Shown here: positions 9,366 to 18,992 of the stretch, piece after piece
How positions within the stretch are numbered: position 1 is the first letter of the stretch
Layout: the number at the start of each line of letters is the position of its first letter
Origin: Patescibacteria group bacterium
GTDB lineage: Bacteria > Patescibacteriota > Patescibacteriia > UBA10025 > JAHIVO01
Length of the DNA stretch: 64,000 nt
Assembly: GCA_028718605.1 (NCBI GenBank)
Contig: JAQULM010000001.1
Location: forward strand, 519,006 to 583,005
Direction: 5' to 3'
Notes under the pieces: model-generated
What the model saw: only the letters and a program-made list of their open reading frames with translations
Told to the model about the DNA's origin: nothing
Databases searched by the model: none
Position numbers and translations under genes: made by a program

Positions 9366-9414
9366 GCCCTTGACAGCTTATCCAGCATTACCTATTATTA
9401 TTGTACAAAACACT

Positions 9415-9771
9415 ATGCTAGCAATCAGACTCTCACGAGTAGGAAAGAAAAAGTACGCGACATTCAAGGTTATCGTTTCTGAAAAGACGAAAGACACGGT
9501 CGGAGACTACCTCGAACTGCTCGGTAACTACAACCCCCATACGAATGAGGCGAGCCTCAAAGCTGACCGCATTCGGTATTGGATTTCAAAAGGCGCACAG
9601 CCGTCGGGGTCAATCCACAACCTGCTGATCCAGCATAAAGTTATTGAGGGTAAAAAAATCAAAGTCGCAAATATCAAGAAAAAGGAACAGGAAGGTGCCG
9701 CAGCAGGTTCAGCAGAGGCACCCGCCAAACCAGCGGCAACAGAAGCCCCGGCAAGCGCAGGAAAAAAATAA
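9415..9771 (+). CDS. rpsP: 30S ribosomal protein S16 with a Lys/Ala-rich C-terminal extension
   Basis: MLAIRLSRVGKKKYATFKVIV…; the real start lies inside ORF 9298..9771. Confidence 0.85.
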   Translation: MLAIRLSRVGKKKYATFKVIVSEKTKDTVGDYLELLGNYNPHTNEASLKADRIRYWISKGAQPSGSIHNLLIQHKVIEGKKIKVANIKKKEQEGAAAGSAEAPAKPAATEAPASAGKK

Positions 9772-9895
9772 TTGACAGCAGGATTAGCCAATTGGTACGA
9801 TAGAGATACACTATTTCGAACGCCAGTCTGTATCCTAGGTCGACAGCACTGGTTCTTTCAAAAAAGATAACGAGAAGAAAACTGAATACACGACT

Positions 9896-10237
9896 ATGGC
9901 AAAAGAAGAAATGATGGATCAGGAGTTTGTCGAGTATGTGGTACGAGCCCTCGTCGACCGGCCTGAGGACGTCAAGTCCGACCGGACTGTCGATGAAATG
10001 GGCGTGCTCATCACCCTGAAGGTAAACCCCGCAGACCTCGGGCAGGTTATCGGCCGCCAAGGCCAGACCGCCAAGGCCATCCGGACACTCCTCCGGGTCG
10101 TTGGAGCGAAAAACCACGCTCGCGTCAACCTGAAGATCCATGAACCAGACGGTTTCCACAAAGGAAACAGGGGTGGTTCACGGGAAGAACGGCACGAAGA
10201 AGCTGATACGTCAGCTGTCGATGACCTGAAAATATAA
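9896..10237 (+). CDS. KH-domain RNA-binding protein (KhpA/YlqC-like)
   Basis: GxxG KH motif (VIGRQGQTAKAIRTLL). Conserved rpsP-KH-trmD gene order. Confidence 0.7.
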   Translation: MAKEEMMDQEFVEYVVRALVDRPEDVKSDRTVDEMGVLITLKVNPADLGQVIGRQGQTAKAIRTLLRVVGAKNHARVNLKIHEPDGFHKGNRGGSREERHEEADTSAVDDLKI

Positions 10238-10316
10238 CACAACATCGAAACTATAAGCAAAGATCGTACGGTGTGATATACTAACCGTACGATTTTTGCT
10301 TCAAGCAAACCGTTAT

Positions 10317-10958
10317 ATGCAATATGACATCCTCACAATTTTCCCTAATGCCTTCGTTTCTTACTGCAATGAGAGCATCCTGAAGCGTGCCCAAGACGGA
10401 AAGCATGTTTCGATTCGCATCCATGATATTCGCCGGTTTACGACGGACAAGCATAGAACGGTCGATGACCGCCCGTATGGCGGCGGACCCGGCATGGTAA
10501 TGAAGCCTGAGCCGATCTATCGGTGCCTCAATGCAATCAAGCGAAAAAAGAAATCACGGACGATTCTCTTGAGCGCTCGCGGAAAAACATACACCCAGCG
10601 CATTGCGAAGCGGCTCGCAAAGTATGACCAGCTCCTGTTTATTTGCGGGCACTATGAAGGCGTTGACGAACGCATATCGAAATACGCAGACGAGCAAATC
10701 TCCATCGGCAACTATGTACTGACTGGCGGGGAGCTTCCCGCACTCGTCATCATCGACAGTGTCACCCGATTACTGCCAGGCGTGCTCGGAGATCCCCGAT
10801 CAACGCATGATGAATCTTTTTCGCCCTGCGACACATACCGCGAATATCCCCAGTACACACGGCCTGAAGTGTTCAACGGGATGCGGGTTCCGCGTATTCT
10901 CCTCTCGGGCAACCATTCGAAAATTGCCTCCTGGAAGCGTACGAAATCCCGCACTTGA
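10317..10958 (+). CDS. trmD: tRNA (guanine37-N1)-methyltransferase
   Basis: MQYDILTIFP…GGGPGMVMKP…YVLTGGELPALV SPOUT-knot motifs. Confidence 0.85.
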   Translation: MQYDILTIFPNAFVSYCNESILKRAQDGKHVSIRIHDIRRFTTDKHRTVDDRPYGGGPGMVMKPEPIYRCLNAIKRKKKSRTILLSARGKTYTQRIAKRLAKYDQLLFICGHYEGVDERISKYADEQISIGNYVLTGGELPALVIIDSVTRLLPGVLGDPRSTHDESFSPCDTYREYPQYTRPEVFNGMRVPRILLSGNHSKIASWKRTKSRT

Positions 10959-11202
10959 CACTCCTTGGGATATGCCCTACAATGAATGGGCAATAATACA
11001 TAGTCGAAATCTTTGCTAAGTTAACAGTAAAGACGAAAGGAACGCCTAGCGGTACACACTACTTTGCTTCCACAATCAGCTGAAAATGTAGTTTTGTGTC
11101 CCGTTATAGCATCGGGATTTTTTGTTCCCTCCTTGATCGACTGCGTGAGGAATGAACCTTAACAACCGGAATCGTGATAAGAAGAAACGTCAATTTATTT
11201 TT

Positions 11203-12692
<1,490 letters not shown>

Positions 12693-12898
12693 CAAGGAGA
12701 TATGGTCGGCGTAGCCGACCTAGGTCGACTATGGTGCCTTCGGGCACCGTAGCTGTACATTGGAAACGACAATCTCAAATGACGTCTTCTTCTTATCACA
12801 ATCCTGGTTTGTTAAGGATTTGACATGGAGGCAGCCATACATGACGTTGGTTGTTGCTTTTTCGGTACGTTTATACTATTCTTGGTGATGAAGCGTAT

Positions 12899-12975
12899 GG
12901 GCGCGTAGCTCAGTTGGCTAGAGCGCGTCACTGATAATGACGAGGTCCCTGGTTCGATTCCAGGCGCGCCCACCA
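12899..12975 (+). tRNA. tRNA-Ile (anticodon GAT)
   Basis: GGGCGCGTAGCTCAGTTGGCTAGAGCGCGTCACTGATAATGACG…GGTTCGATTCCAGGCGCGCCCACCA; full cloverleaf; CCA encoded. Confidence 0.9.
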
Positions 12976-12979
12976 AGCA

Positions 12980-13700
12980 GGTTTTAAAAATTCTGCAAAT
13001 GCCGTAGGCATTTTGCCGAGGTAGCTCCCCGTCATTCGACGGGGCAGGCAGTGGTAGAGTCCCGTATTTATGCCGAGGAATAATATGCCGAGGTAGCTCA
13101 GTGGTAGAGCGAAGGACTGAAAATCCTTGCGTCGCCAGTCCGATTCTGGCCCTCGGCATAAATACGGGATAAACTCCGGACTGAAAATGCCGATTTTCTC
13201 TGCGAGCCATGCGAGCAGACAGAAAATCGAGCATCCCGAGTGCAACGAGGGATCTTCTCCTTGCGTCGCCAGTCCGATTCTGGCCCTCGGCATCTGCGGA
13301 GATTTTTTTAAAGTCGAGGTAGCGAAGTGGGCCGAGACCACGAGTGAAGCAAACTGCTTCGCTTCACGAGGAGTCGAGGCGGGCGAGACGATGCGGGAAC
13401 CACCGTCGAGCCCCGGAAGAGCGAAGGACTGAAAATGCCGATTTTCTCTGCGAGCCATGCGAGCAGACAGAAAATCGAGCATCCCGAGTGCAACGAGGGA
13501 TCTCGTCGCCAGGGAGCTTGCCCTGAGCGAAGCCGAAGGGATTCTTGAAATCAATAGTTCAACCAAATGGTGAAATCCGCCGCAGCTTCGCGAAGGCGGA
13601 TGGCCCTCGGCATCTTCGTGGGATAAACTCCGGACTAAAAAAATAACAAGCGTGAAACATTGGTGAATGCGACGCACGCTTGAAAAAACACCCCAAAAAT
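12980..13700 (+). repeat. mosaic of tRNA-Phe fragments and duplicated inserts surrounding one intact tRNA-Phe
   Basis: A 5' fragment GCCGAGGTAGCTC…AGTGGTAGAG split by a 22-nt hairpin insert (13015-13076). A 3' half copy TCCTTGCGTCGCCAGTCCGATTCTGGCCCTCGGCA (13258-13292). TGGCCCTCGGCA again at ~13611. An identical 78-nt repeat GGACTGAAAATGCCGATTTTCTCTGCGAGCCATGCGAGCAGACAGAAAATCGAGCATCCCGAGTGCAACGAGGGATCT at 13178-13255 and 13426-13503. GGGATAAACTCCGGACT repeated after the tRNA copies. Confidence 0.6.
13087..13158 (+). tRNA. tRNA-Phe (anticodon GAA); unusual C at position 55 of the T-loop (TCCGATT); no encoded CCA
   Basis: GCCGAGGTAGCTCAGTGGTAGAGCGAAGGACTGAAAATCCTTGCGTCGCCAGTCCGATTCTGGCCCTCGGCA. 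Acceptor, D, anticodon and T stems all pair. Confidence 0.7.
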
Positions 13701-13768
13701 GGTACGGTTACCCCTGTACCATCTCCTTTTAAAATTAAATTTGAGCTTAAAAATCTCAACGGGGATTA

Positions 13769-13836
13769 GCGCAGCTGGCTAGCGCGCGCGCTTTGGGAGC
13801 GCGAGGTCGCCGGTTCGAGTCCGGCATCCCCGACCA
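13769..13836 (+). tRNA. tRNA-Pro (anticodon TGG), CCA encoded
   Basis: CGGGGATTAGCGCAGCTGGCTAGCGCGCGCGCTTTGGGAGCGCGAGGTCGCCGGTTCGAGTCCGGCATCCCCGACCA. Confidence 0.75.
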
Positions 13837-13860
13837 AATAGCAACCGATAGCTCCTCTCT

Positions 13861-14811
13861 ATGATATTCGAATTCCTTATTGTCATCATAGGCTTAAGCC
13901 TATTCGAAATTATCAGCAGCGTTGATAACGCAATCGTCAACGCATCCGTGCTGAAAACACTTCCGGAGAAATATCGAAAAATATTCTTGTTTTGGGGTTT
14001 GCTGTTTGCAGTGTTCATCGTACGTGGCATCCTGCCATTCGTCATCGTATGGATCGCAAATCCGCAATTGGGAATTGGTGAAGTTTTTACCGCAGCGTTT
14101 TCCCAGAACGAGCAAATCGGTGACTATCTGGACAAATCAAAACCGCTTCTCCTGCTCGGCGGCGGCGTCTACCTCCTCATGGTAGCCTTGTCCTGGCTTT
14201 TTCTGGAAGAAAAAAAGTACGCATTCCTCGTGGAGCATTTTATCCATCGGCAAGGAGTTTGGTTCTATGCTATCGCATCAATCGTGTTTACCACTATTAT
14301 CTATTTTTCCCTGCGAGAGAGCCCAATACTCGCCCTCTCGGCTTCTATCGGCCTGACAGCATTCTTTATCACGGACGGATTCAAAAAAAATGCCGAGGAA
14401 AAAGAAAAACAGTTATTAACCGGAACCCTCAGCGCATGGAGTAAAATACTGTATCTTGAGGTGCTCGATGCGTCATTCTCAATTGATGGAGTTGTTGGCG
14501 CATTCGCATTCACAATTTCTATTCCATTAATTATTCTCGGGAACGGCCTTGGTGCATTTGTCGTCCGGGAATTTACAATCCGCGGCATCAACTACATCTC
14601 AAAGTTCGCATACTTGAAAAACGGCGCAATGTATTCCATCGGCATGCTCGGTGGCTTGATGATTCTCGAATCATTTGGAAAAGAATACCCATTCTGGCTT
14701 GCGCCCCTCAACACCTCCGCCTTGATCGGGATTTTCTTCTACCTCTCGTACCGAGAACTGCGCGCTGCTAAAAACGCTGTGCCAACTGAGGAAACACCGG
14801 CTGCGAAATAA
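13861..14811 (+). CDS. TerC/DUF475-family integral membrane protein
   Basis: Multi-TM protein with SVDNAIV motif near the N-terminus, typical of TerC/DUF475 transporters. Confidence 0.55.
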   Translation: MIFEFLIVIIGLSLFEIISSVDNAIVNASVLKTLPEKYRKIFLFWGLLFAVFIVRGILPFVIVWIANPQLGIGEVFTAAFSQNEQIGDYLDKSKPLLLLGGGVYLLMVALSWLFLEEKKYAFLVEHFIHRQGVWFYAIASIVFTTIIYFSLRESPILALSASIGLTAFFITDGFKKNAEEKEKQLLTGTLSAWSKILYLEVLDASFSIDGVVGAFAFTISIPLIILGNGLGAFVVREFTIRGINYISKFAYLKNGAMYSIGMLGGLMILESFGKEYPFWLAPLNTSALIGIFFYLSYRELRAAKNAVPTEETPAAK

Positions 14812-14821
14812 TCAATACTGC

Positions 14822-15151
14822 ATGGCATACTCATACTTCCAGCGTGTCTATGGCCTGGTAAAACGCATTCCGCGCGGCAGAGTAGCGACCTACGGACAAA
14901 TCGCGGGCATATTGGGATCTCCGCGGGGAGCACGCATGGTAGGTTGGGCACTGCATGTGCTCCCAAAGAAGGAGTTGCGGACGGTGCCGTGGCATCGCGT
15001 GATCAATCGCGAAGGCAGGATTAGTACAACATGCCTCGAACACACGGCCCGCCAACAAGCGGAGCTGTTGAAAAAGGAACGGGTGGCAGTTACCGCAGTG
15101 CACGGTAGCTACCGCATCGACCTCACAAAATTTCTCTGGAAACCTTTTTAA
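14822..15151 (+). CDS. alkyltransferase-like (ATL) protein: MGMT DNA-binding domain with Trp in place of the active-site Cys
   Basis: IPRGRVATYGQIA…PRGARMVGWAL…VPWHRVIN. PWHRV where PCHRV would be expected, as in ATL/YbaZ proteins. Confidence 0.65.
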   Translation: MAYSYFQRVYGLVKRIPRGRVATYGQIAGILGSPRGARMVGWALHVLPKKELRTVPWHRVINREGRISTTCLEHTARQQAELLKKERVAVTAVHGSYRIDLTKFLWKPF

Positions 15152-15226
15152 CGAGCATTGCATACCGGCGCGCGGTACGGTACAATAATGGCACCCATAG
15201 AACGTGATGCCCGCTAACTTTCGTCA

Positions 15227-15472
15227 ATGAATACTCCTATGAACCTATTTTCCTCACTCAGCGTATCTGCCATTGTTGGAGTCATAATTGGTTTGAGTTT
15301 TCCGATGACGGCGCATGCTTATATTGATGCTGGCTCCGGAAGTTATATTATTCAAATCATTGTCGCGACATTTCTTGGCGGCCTGTTCGCCATAAAAATA
15401 TTCTGGAAAAAAATTATACTTTTTGCAAAAAATTTGTTTTCGAAGGGTGACAAGCATGACACAACCAAGTAG
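15227..15472 (+). CDS. small hypothetical membrane/secreted protein (81 aa)
   Basis: Two hydrophobic segments. Overlaps the start region of the next gene, so coding status is uncertain. Confidence 0.25.
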   Translation: MNTPMNLFSSLSVSAIVGVIIGLSFPMTAHAYIDAGSGSYIIQIIVATFLGGLFAIKIFWKKIILFAKNLFSKGDKHDTTK

Positions 15473-16847
15473 CACGACCGCCATGCCGGGTTCATTCCGC
15501 GATCCAAGCGGTTTTTTATTTTATCACGGCGACAAGCTCTATCGCCAAATTAACAATACGTACCGCCAGCATTACGATCTTCTTATGAATTCCGGGCTTT
15601 ACAGTGAACTTACCGAGAAGCGCCTTCTGATTCCCCACCATGAGGAACGCCCGGCAACTGCCTCCCGCGCGGCATCTGGTGCGTATAAAGTCATCGCACC
15701 AGAAAAAATTCCTTTCATCTCATATCCGTACGAGTGGTGCTTTAGCCAATTAAAAGACGCCGCGCTTGCAACACTCGAAATCCAAAAACGGGCCCTGGAC
15801 CACGGCATGTCATTAAAAGACAGTAGCGTGTACAATATCCAATTTCAGGGAAATAACCCAGTACTCATCGACACGCTTTCTTTCGAACAATACCGTGAAG
15901 GGCAACCCTGGATCGCGTACCGCCAATTCTGCCAGCATTTCCTCGCGCCGCTCGTTTTAATGAGCTATCGTGATATTCGCCTCAATCAGTTGTTTCGAAT
16001 TTACATTGACGGAATTCCGCTGGATCTGGCGAGTAAACTATTGCCGCCTCGCACGCGTTTAAAATTTTCACTGCTGTCCCATATCCACCTCCACGCAAAA
16101 AGCCAAAAACACTACGAAAACAGCGGAATAAACACGAGCCGTCGTACATTAAGCCGGGTTGCCCTCACCGCGCTCATCGCGAACCTTGAAGCATCAATAC
16201 GGAATCTTCAGTGGAAGCCGGCAGGCACTGAATGGGCGAATTACTACGAAGATACAAACTACACGCGCGAATCATTCGACCACAAAAAGAAAATTGTAGC
16301 CGATTTCATCCGCGCATGCAGCCCAAAAACCGTTTGGGACCTCGGGGCGAATACGGGAGAATTCGCGTTCATCGTGGGTGATAAAGGCATCCCGTGCGTT
16401 GCATTTGATATTGATCCTGCGGCTGTCGAAAAATGCTACCTCGACTGCCGCGCGTCCAATCGAACGAATATTTTACCGCTCATCAATGACCTGACAAATC
16501 CGAGCCCGGCACTCGGATGGGCGAACGAAGAACGGTGCTCACTGCGAGAACGCGGTCCCGTCGATGCTTGCCTGGCGCTTGCATTGGTGCACCATCTCGC
16601 GCTCACGAACAATGTGCCCCTGGACCGCATCGCAAAATTCTTTTCTTCCCTGTGCACCTGGCTGCTCGTCGAATTCGTTCCGAAGAGCGATTCACAGGTA
16701 CGGCGCCTCCTCGCGTCTCGTGAAGATATCTTCGACCACTACACCCAGGATGATTTCGAACGCGACTTCTCCAAACACTTCACGATCGAACGACGCCAAC
16801 CTATTGAGTCGTCTGAACGGATGCTCTATACGATGCGCCGGCAGTAG
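15456..16847 (+). CDS. SAM-dependent methyltransferase, FkbM-like (GANTGEF motif) with an N-terminal extension
   Basis: WDLGANTGEFAFIV resembles the FkbM GANIG motif; 464 aa. Start ambiguous between ATG 15456 and 15483. Confidence 0.45.
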   Translation: MTQPSSTTAMPGSFRDPSGFLFYHGDKLYRQINNTYRQHYDLLMNSGLYSELTEKRLLIPHHEERPATASRAASGAYKVIAPEKIPFISYPYEWCFSQLKDAALATLEIQKRALDHGMSLKDSSVYNIQFQGNNPVLIDTLSFEQYREGQPWIAYRQFCQHFLAPLVLMSYRDIRLNQLFRIYIDGIPLDLASKLLPPRTRLKFSLLSHIHLHAKSQKHYENSGINTSRRTLSRVALTALIANLEASIRNLQWKPAGTEWANYYEDTNYTRESFDHKKKIVADFIRACSPKTVWDLGANTGEFAFIVGDKGIPCVAFDIDPAAVEKCYLDCRASNRTNILPLINDLTNPSPALGWANEERCSLRERGPVDACLALALVHHLALTNNVPLDRIAKFFSSLCTWLLVEFVPKSDSQVRRLLASREDIFDHYTQDDFERDFSKHFTIERRQPIESSERMLYTMRRQ

Positions 16848-16883
16848 ATCGCGGGATCAATGTACGGTATACGAGGGAGGATT

Positions 16884-18503
16884 ATGCCGAATTTTCTTGC
16901 CACTATGACCAAACGGCTATCCGCATTATTCAAGACAACGCTGCACCCTTTTTTCCTCGCTGTCTACCCCATACTCGCCCTGTACCAATACAACAGCGAT
17001 GAGATAACATTGGAATCCACGCTCGTGCCGATTCTTGTCTCGTTGGCTGGTGCCACAGTCGCGTTCCTCATCGCATGGGCAGCGATGAGGAACAGCCGGA
17101 AAGCTGCTTTGGTTGTCGCCGTTTCCCAACTCGTCTTCTTCTCCTACGGGCACTTATTTGGAACTTTTGGCAATCATGCGGTCGCCTCGACGCATATTTC
17201 ACTCCATGCCTTCGCAGTGCCTACGATGGTAATCTTTATCGGGGGAGCCGCCGCGCTCATCCGTATCAGCAAGTATACATTTACGAAATTAACATTAATA
17301 CTGAACGCAGTGTCAGGCGCTTTGGTTGTGTCCCTCCTCGCCACGATTATTCTCAATGCTGTATCGGCAACACAAATCGACTACTCCATACGAGATGGTT
17401 TAGGGGCATTGAATCCTACGCAATCAGGTGCGGAAAAACCAGACATTTACTACATCATTCTGGATGGCTACCCGAATTCTGCGGTATTAAAAAAATTCTA
17501 CCGTTTTGACAATTCAGTATTTATCAAAAGCCTCCAGGATCATGGCTTTTACGTAGCAGACTACAGCACGAGCAATTACGCGACTACGTTCCTCTCGCTC
17601 GCATCTTCATTGAACGGAATTTATCTTGACGAAATCGATCCGCCGCTGTCTCCCTCGGAAACGAATCGCGCGATACCGTACAGCTTAACGCACAATAACG
17701 CCGTGGGGCGCTTGCTCCAGGAAAACGGATACTCTTTTATTAACGTCGCTTCGGGCACGGGCCTCCCGACGAACGACTTGAAACTTGCCGATCGGAAAAT
17801 CCGGTGCGGATCAATCGATGAGTTTTCTCTCGTTCTCATTCAGACGACTTTGCTGAATCCATTCGAACGATTACTTGTCAAAAACGACAGGCAGAACCTC
17901 GTCCAGTGTTCTTTCCGAGAAATTAAAAATATCCCTCTTCGTGAAGAACCAACTTTTACACTTGCTCACCTTTTGGTGCCCCACCCGCCATACCTCTTCA
18001 GGGCAGACGGCTCTCCGATTCAAAATCCAGTCATGAAACTAACCGGCGGTGTCTGGGCTGATACGGAATCATTTATCGAACAAATACAGTTTGTAAACGC
18101 CCAGACTGAAGCGCTCATCGATTCCCTCCTCGCGACATCCCCAACCCCACCGATTATCATCATTCAAGCTGACCATAGCACCGTATCGTCATTCGCACAG
18201 CCGTCGAACGGCCGCAACGCCGAAACGGCATATGAATCAAATTGGAATAACCCAACTGATGATATGATCCGCGAACGAATGGGCATCCTGAATGCTTTTT
18301 ATTTACCAAATAAGGAAACCGGCACACTCTATCAAACAATGACACCTGTTAATACGTTCCGCATTGTCATGAATATGTACTTTGGCGCCAAGAATGAAAT
18401 ACTCGAGGATCGGAACTTCTTCTCAAGTTACTCAACACCATACGCATTCAGGGATGTCACAACTATTGTCCAGACGTCGAGCGCTCAGCCCAATAGCCCT
18501 TGA
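16884..18503 (+). CDS. membrane-anchored sulfatase / LTA-synthase-like protein (alkaline phosphatase superfamily)
   Basis: N-terminal multi-TM region followed by YYIILDGYP… and QADHST motifs typical of phosphoglycerol/sulfatase-type transferases. GGGAGG RBS before ATG 16884. Confidence 0.5.
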   Translation: MPNFLATMTKRLSALFKTTLHPFFLAVYPILALYQYNSDEITLESTLVPILVSLAGATVAFLIAWAAMRNSRKAALVVAVSQLVFFSYGHLFGTFGNHAVASTHISLHAFAVPTMVIFIGGAAALIRISKYTFTKLTLILNAVSGALVVSLLATIILNAVSATQIDYSIRDGLGALNPTQSGAEKPDIYYIILDGYPNSAVLKKFYRFDNSVFIKSLQDHGFYVADYSTSNYATTFLSLASSLNGIYLDEIDPPLSPSETNRAIPYSLTHNNAVGRLLQENGYSFINVASGTGLPTNDLKLADRKIRCGSIDEFSLVLIQTTLLNPFERLLVKNDRQNLVQCSFREIKNIPLREEPTFTLAHLLVPHPPYLFRADGSPIQNPVMKLTGGVWADTESFIEQIQFVNAQTEALIDSLLATSPTPPIIIIQADHSTVSSFAQPSNGRNAETAYESNWNNPTDDMIRERMGILNAFYLPNKETGTLYQTMTPVNTFRIVMNMYFGAKNEILEDRNFFSSYSTPYAFRDVTTIVQTSSAQPNSP

Positions 18504-18541
18504 CCATTCTCTCATTTTTTCATACTCTCAATACTACCCCG

Positions 18542-18614
18542 GGCGGGTATCGTATAACGGTATTACCACAGCTTTCCAAGCTGTTGACAGGGGTTCGACT
18601 CCCCTTACCCGCTT
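18542..18614 (+). tRNA. tRNA-Gly (anticodon TCC)
   Basis: GGCGGGTATCGTATAACGGTATTACCACAGCTTTCCAAGCTGTTGACAGGGGTTCGACTCCCCTTACCCGCTT. 3-bp D-stem; canonical GGTTCGA T-arm. Confidence 0.75.
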
Positions 18615-18813
18615 GTAAGTAACACATTACATCATTTGGCAGACACTCCTGAGTAGGTAAGCCACCGCAACAGGAGTCGAACGGTCACGAGCGATACGAG
18701 GCGCAGCCGAAGGGGAGCGACAAACAATGCGACCAGAAGGAGCATTGTTTGGTGACCAGGACAACGAGGACGCCCGAGGGCGGACGAGGCGAAACTCCCC
18801 TTACCCGCTTGTA
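18615..18813 (+). repeat. tRNA-3'-end-tagged structured element, copy G1
   Basis: Contains CAACAGGAGTCGAACGGTCAC…CAAACAATGC-gaccagaagga-GCATTGTTTG…GTGACCAGGAC… and ends with ACTCCCCTTACCCGCTTGTA, a copy of the tRNA-Gly T-loop to 3' end plus 5 flank nt. Confidence 0.7.
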
Positions 18814-18969
18814 GACCAGTCGTTGGCAAAATTTCTCAATAATTAAATCAGTACAACAGGAGTCGAAGGGCAGCAGAGAGACAAGCGCTCGGCGCGAAGA
18901 CGAACGCCGATGGATGCGACTCAAAGGAGCATTCATCGCTGCCCAGGACGCGACTCCCCTTACCCGCTC
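18814..18969 (+). repeat. tRNA-3'-end-tagged structured element, copy G2 (tandem to G1)
   Basis: CAACAGGAGTCGAAGGGCAG…CGATGGATGC-gactcaaagga-GCATTCATCG-CTGCCCAGGACGCGACTCCCCTTACCCGCT. Confidence 0.7.
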
Positions 18970-18992
18970 CGGGCCGATTAACCTTCGATAAA

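Noticed and set aside
10990-11200. A 16S promoter in the 200 bp upstream of rrs
   Set aside because: Only weak -35/-10 matches (TTGCTT…TAGTTT, TTGATC…TAACAA) were found, unlike the clean TTGACA-N17-TATACT promoters seen elsewhere in the window. Not annotated.
13178-13292. A functional intron-containing tRNA-Phe (67-nt insert after the anticodon loop)
   Set aside because: The upstream partner lacks the acceptor and D-arm sequence (it is GGGATAAACTCCGGACTGAAAAT, not the tRNA 5' half), and an intact uninterrupted tRNA-Phe sits immediately upstream. A pseudo-copy or insertion scar is more likely, though a trans-split arrangement cannot be excluded without RNA data.
12812-13677. ORFs 12812..13234(-), 12928..13677(-), 13127..13432(+) and others overlapping the 16S 3' end, tRNAs and the repeat mosaic
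   Set aside because: They overlap structural RNA genes and repeat DNA and show no protein-like motifs. Treated as spurious.
12980-13700. CRISPR array or simple tandem repeat in the tRNA-Phe region and after tRNA-Gly/Lys/Leu/His
   Set aside because: There are no regularly spaced identical short repeats with unique spacers. The units are long, structured and differ between loci. No cas genes are in the window.
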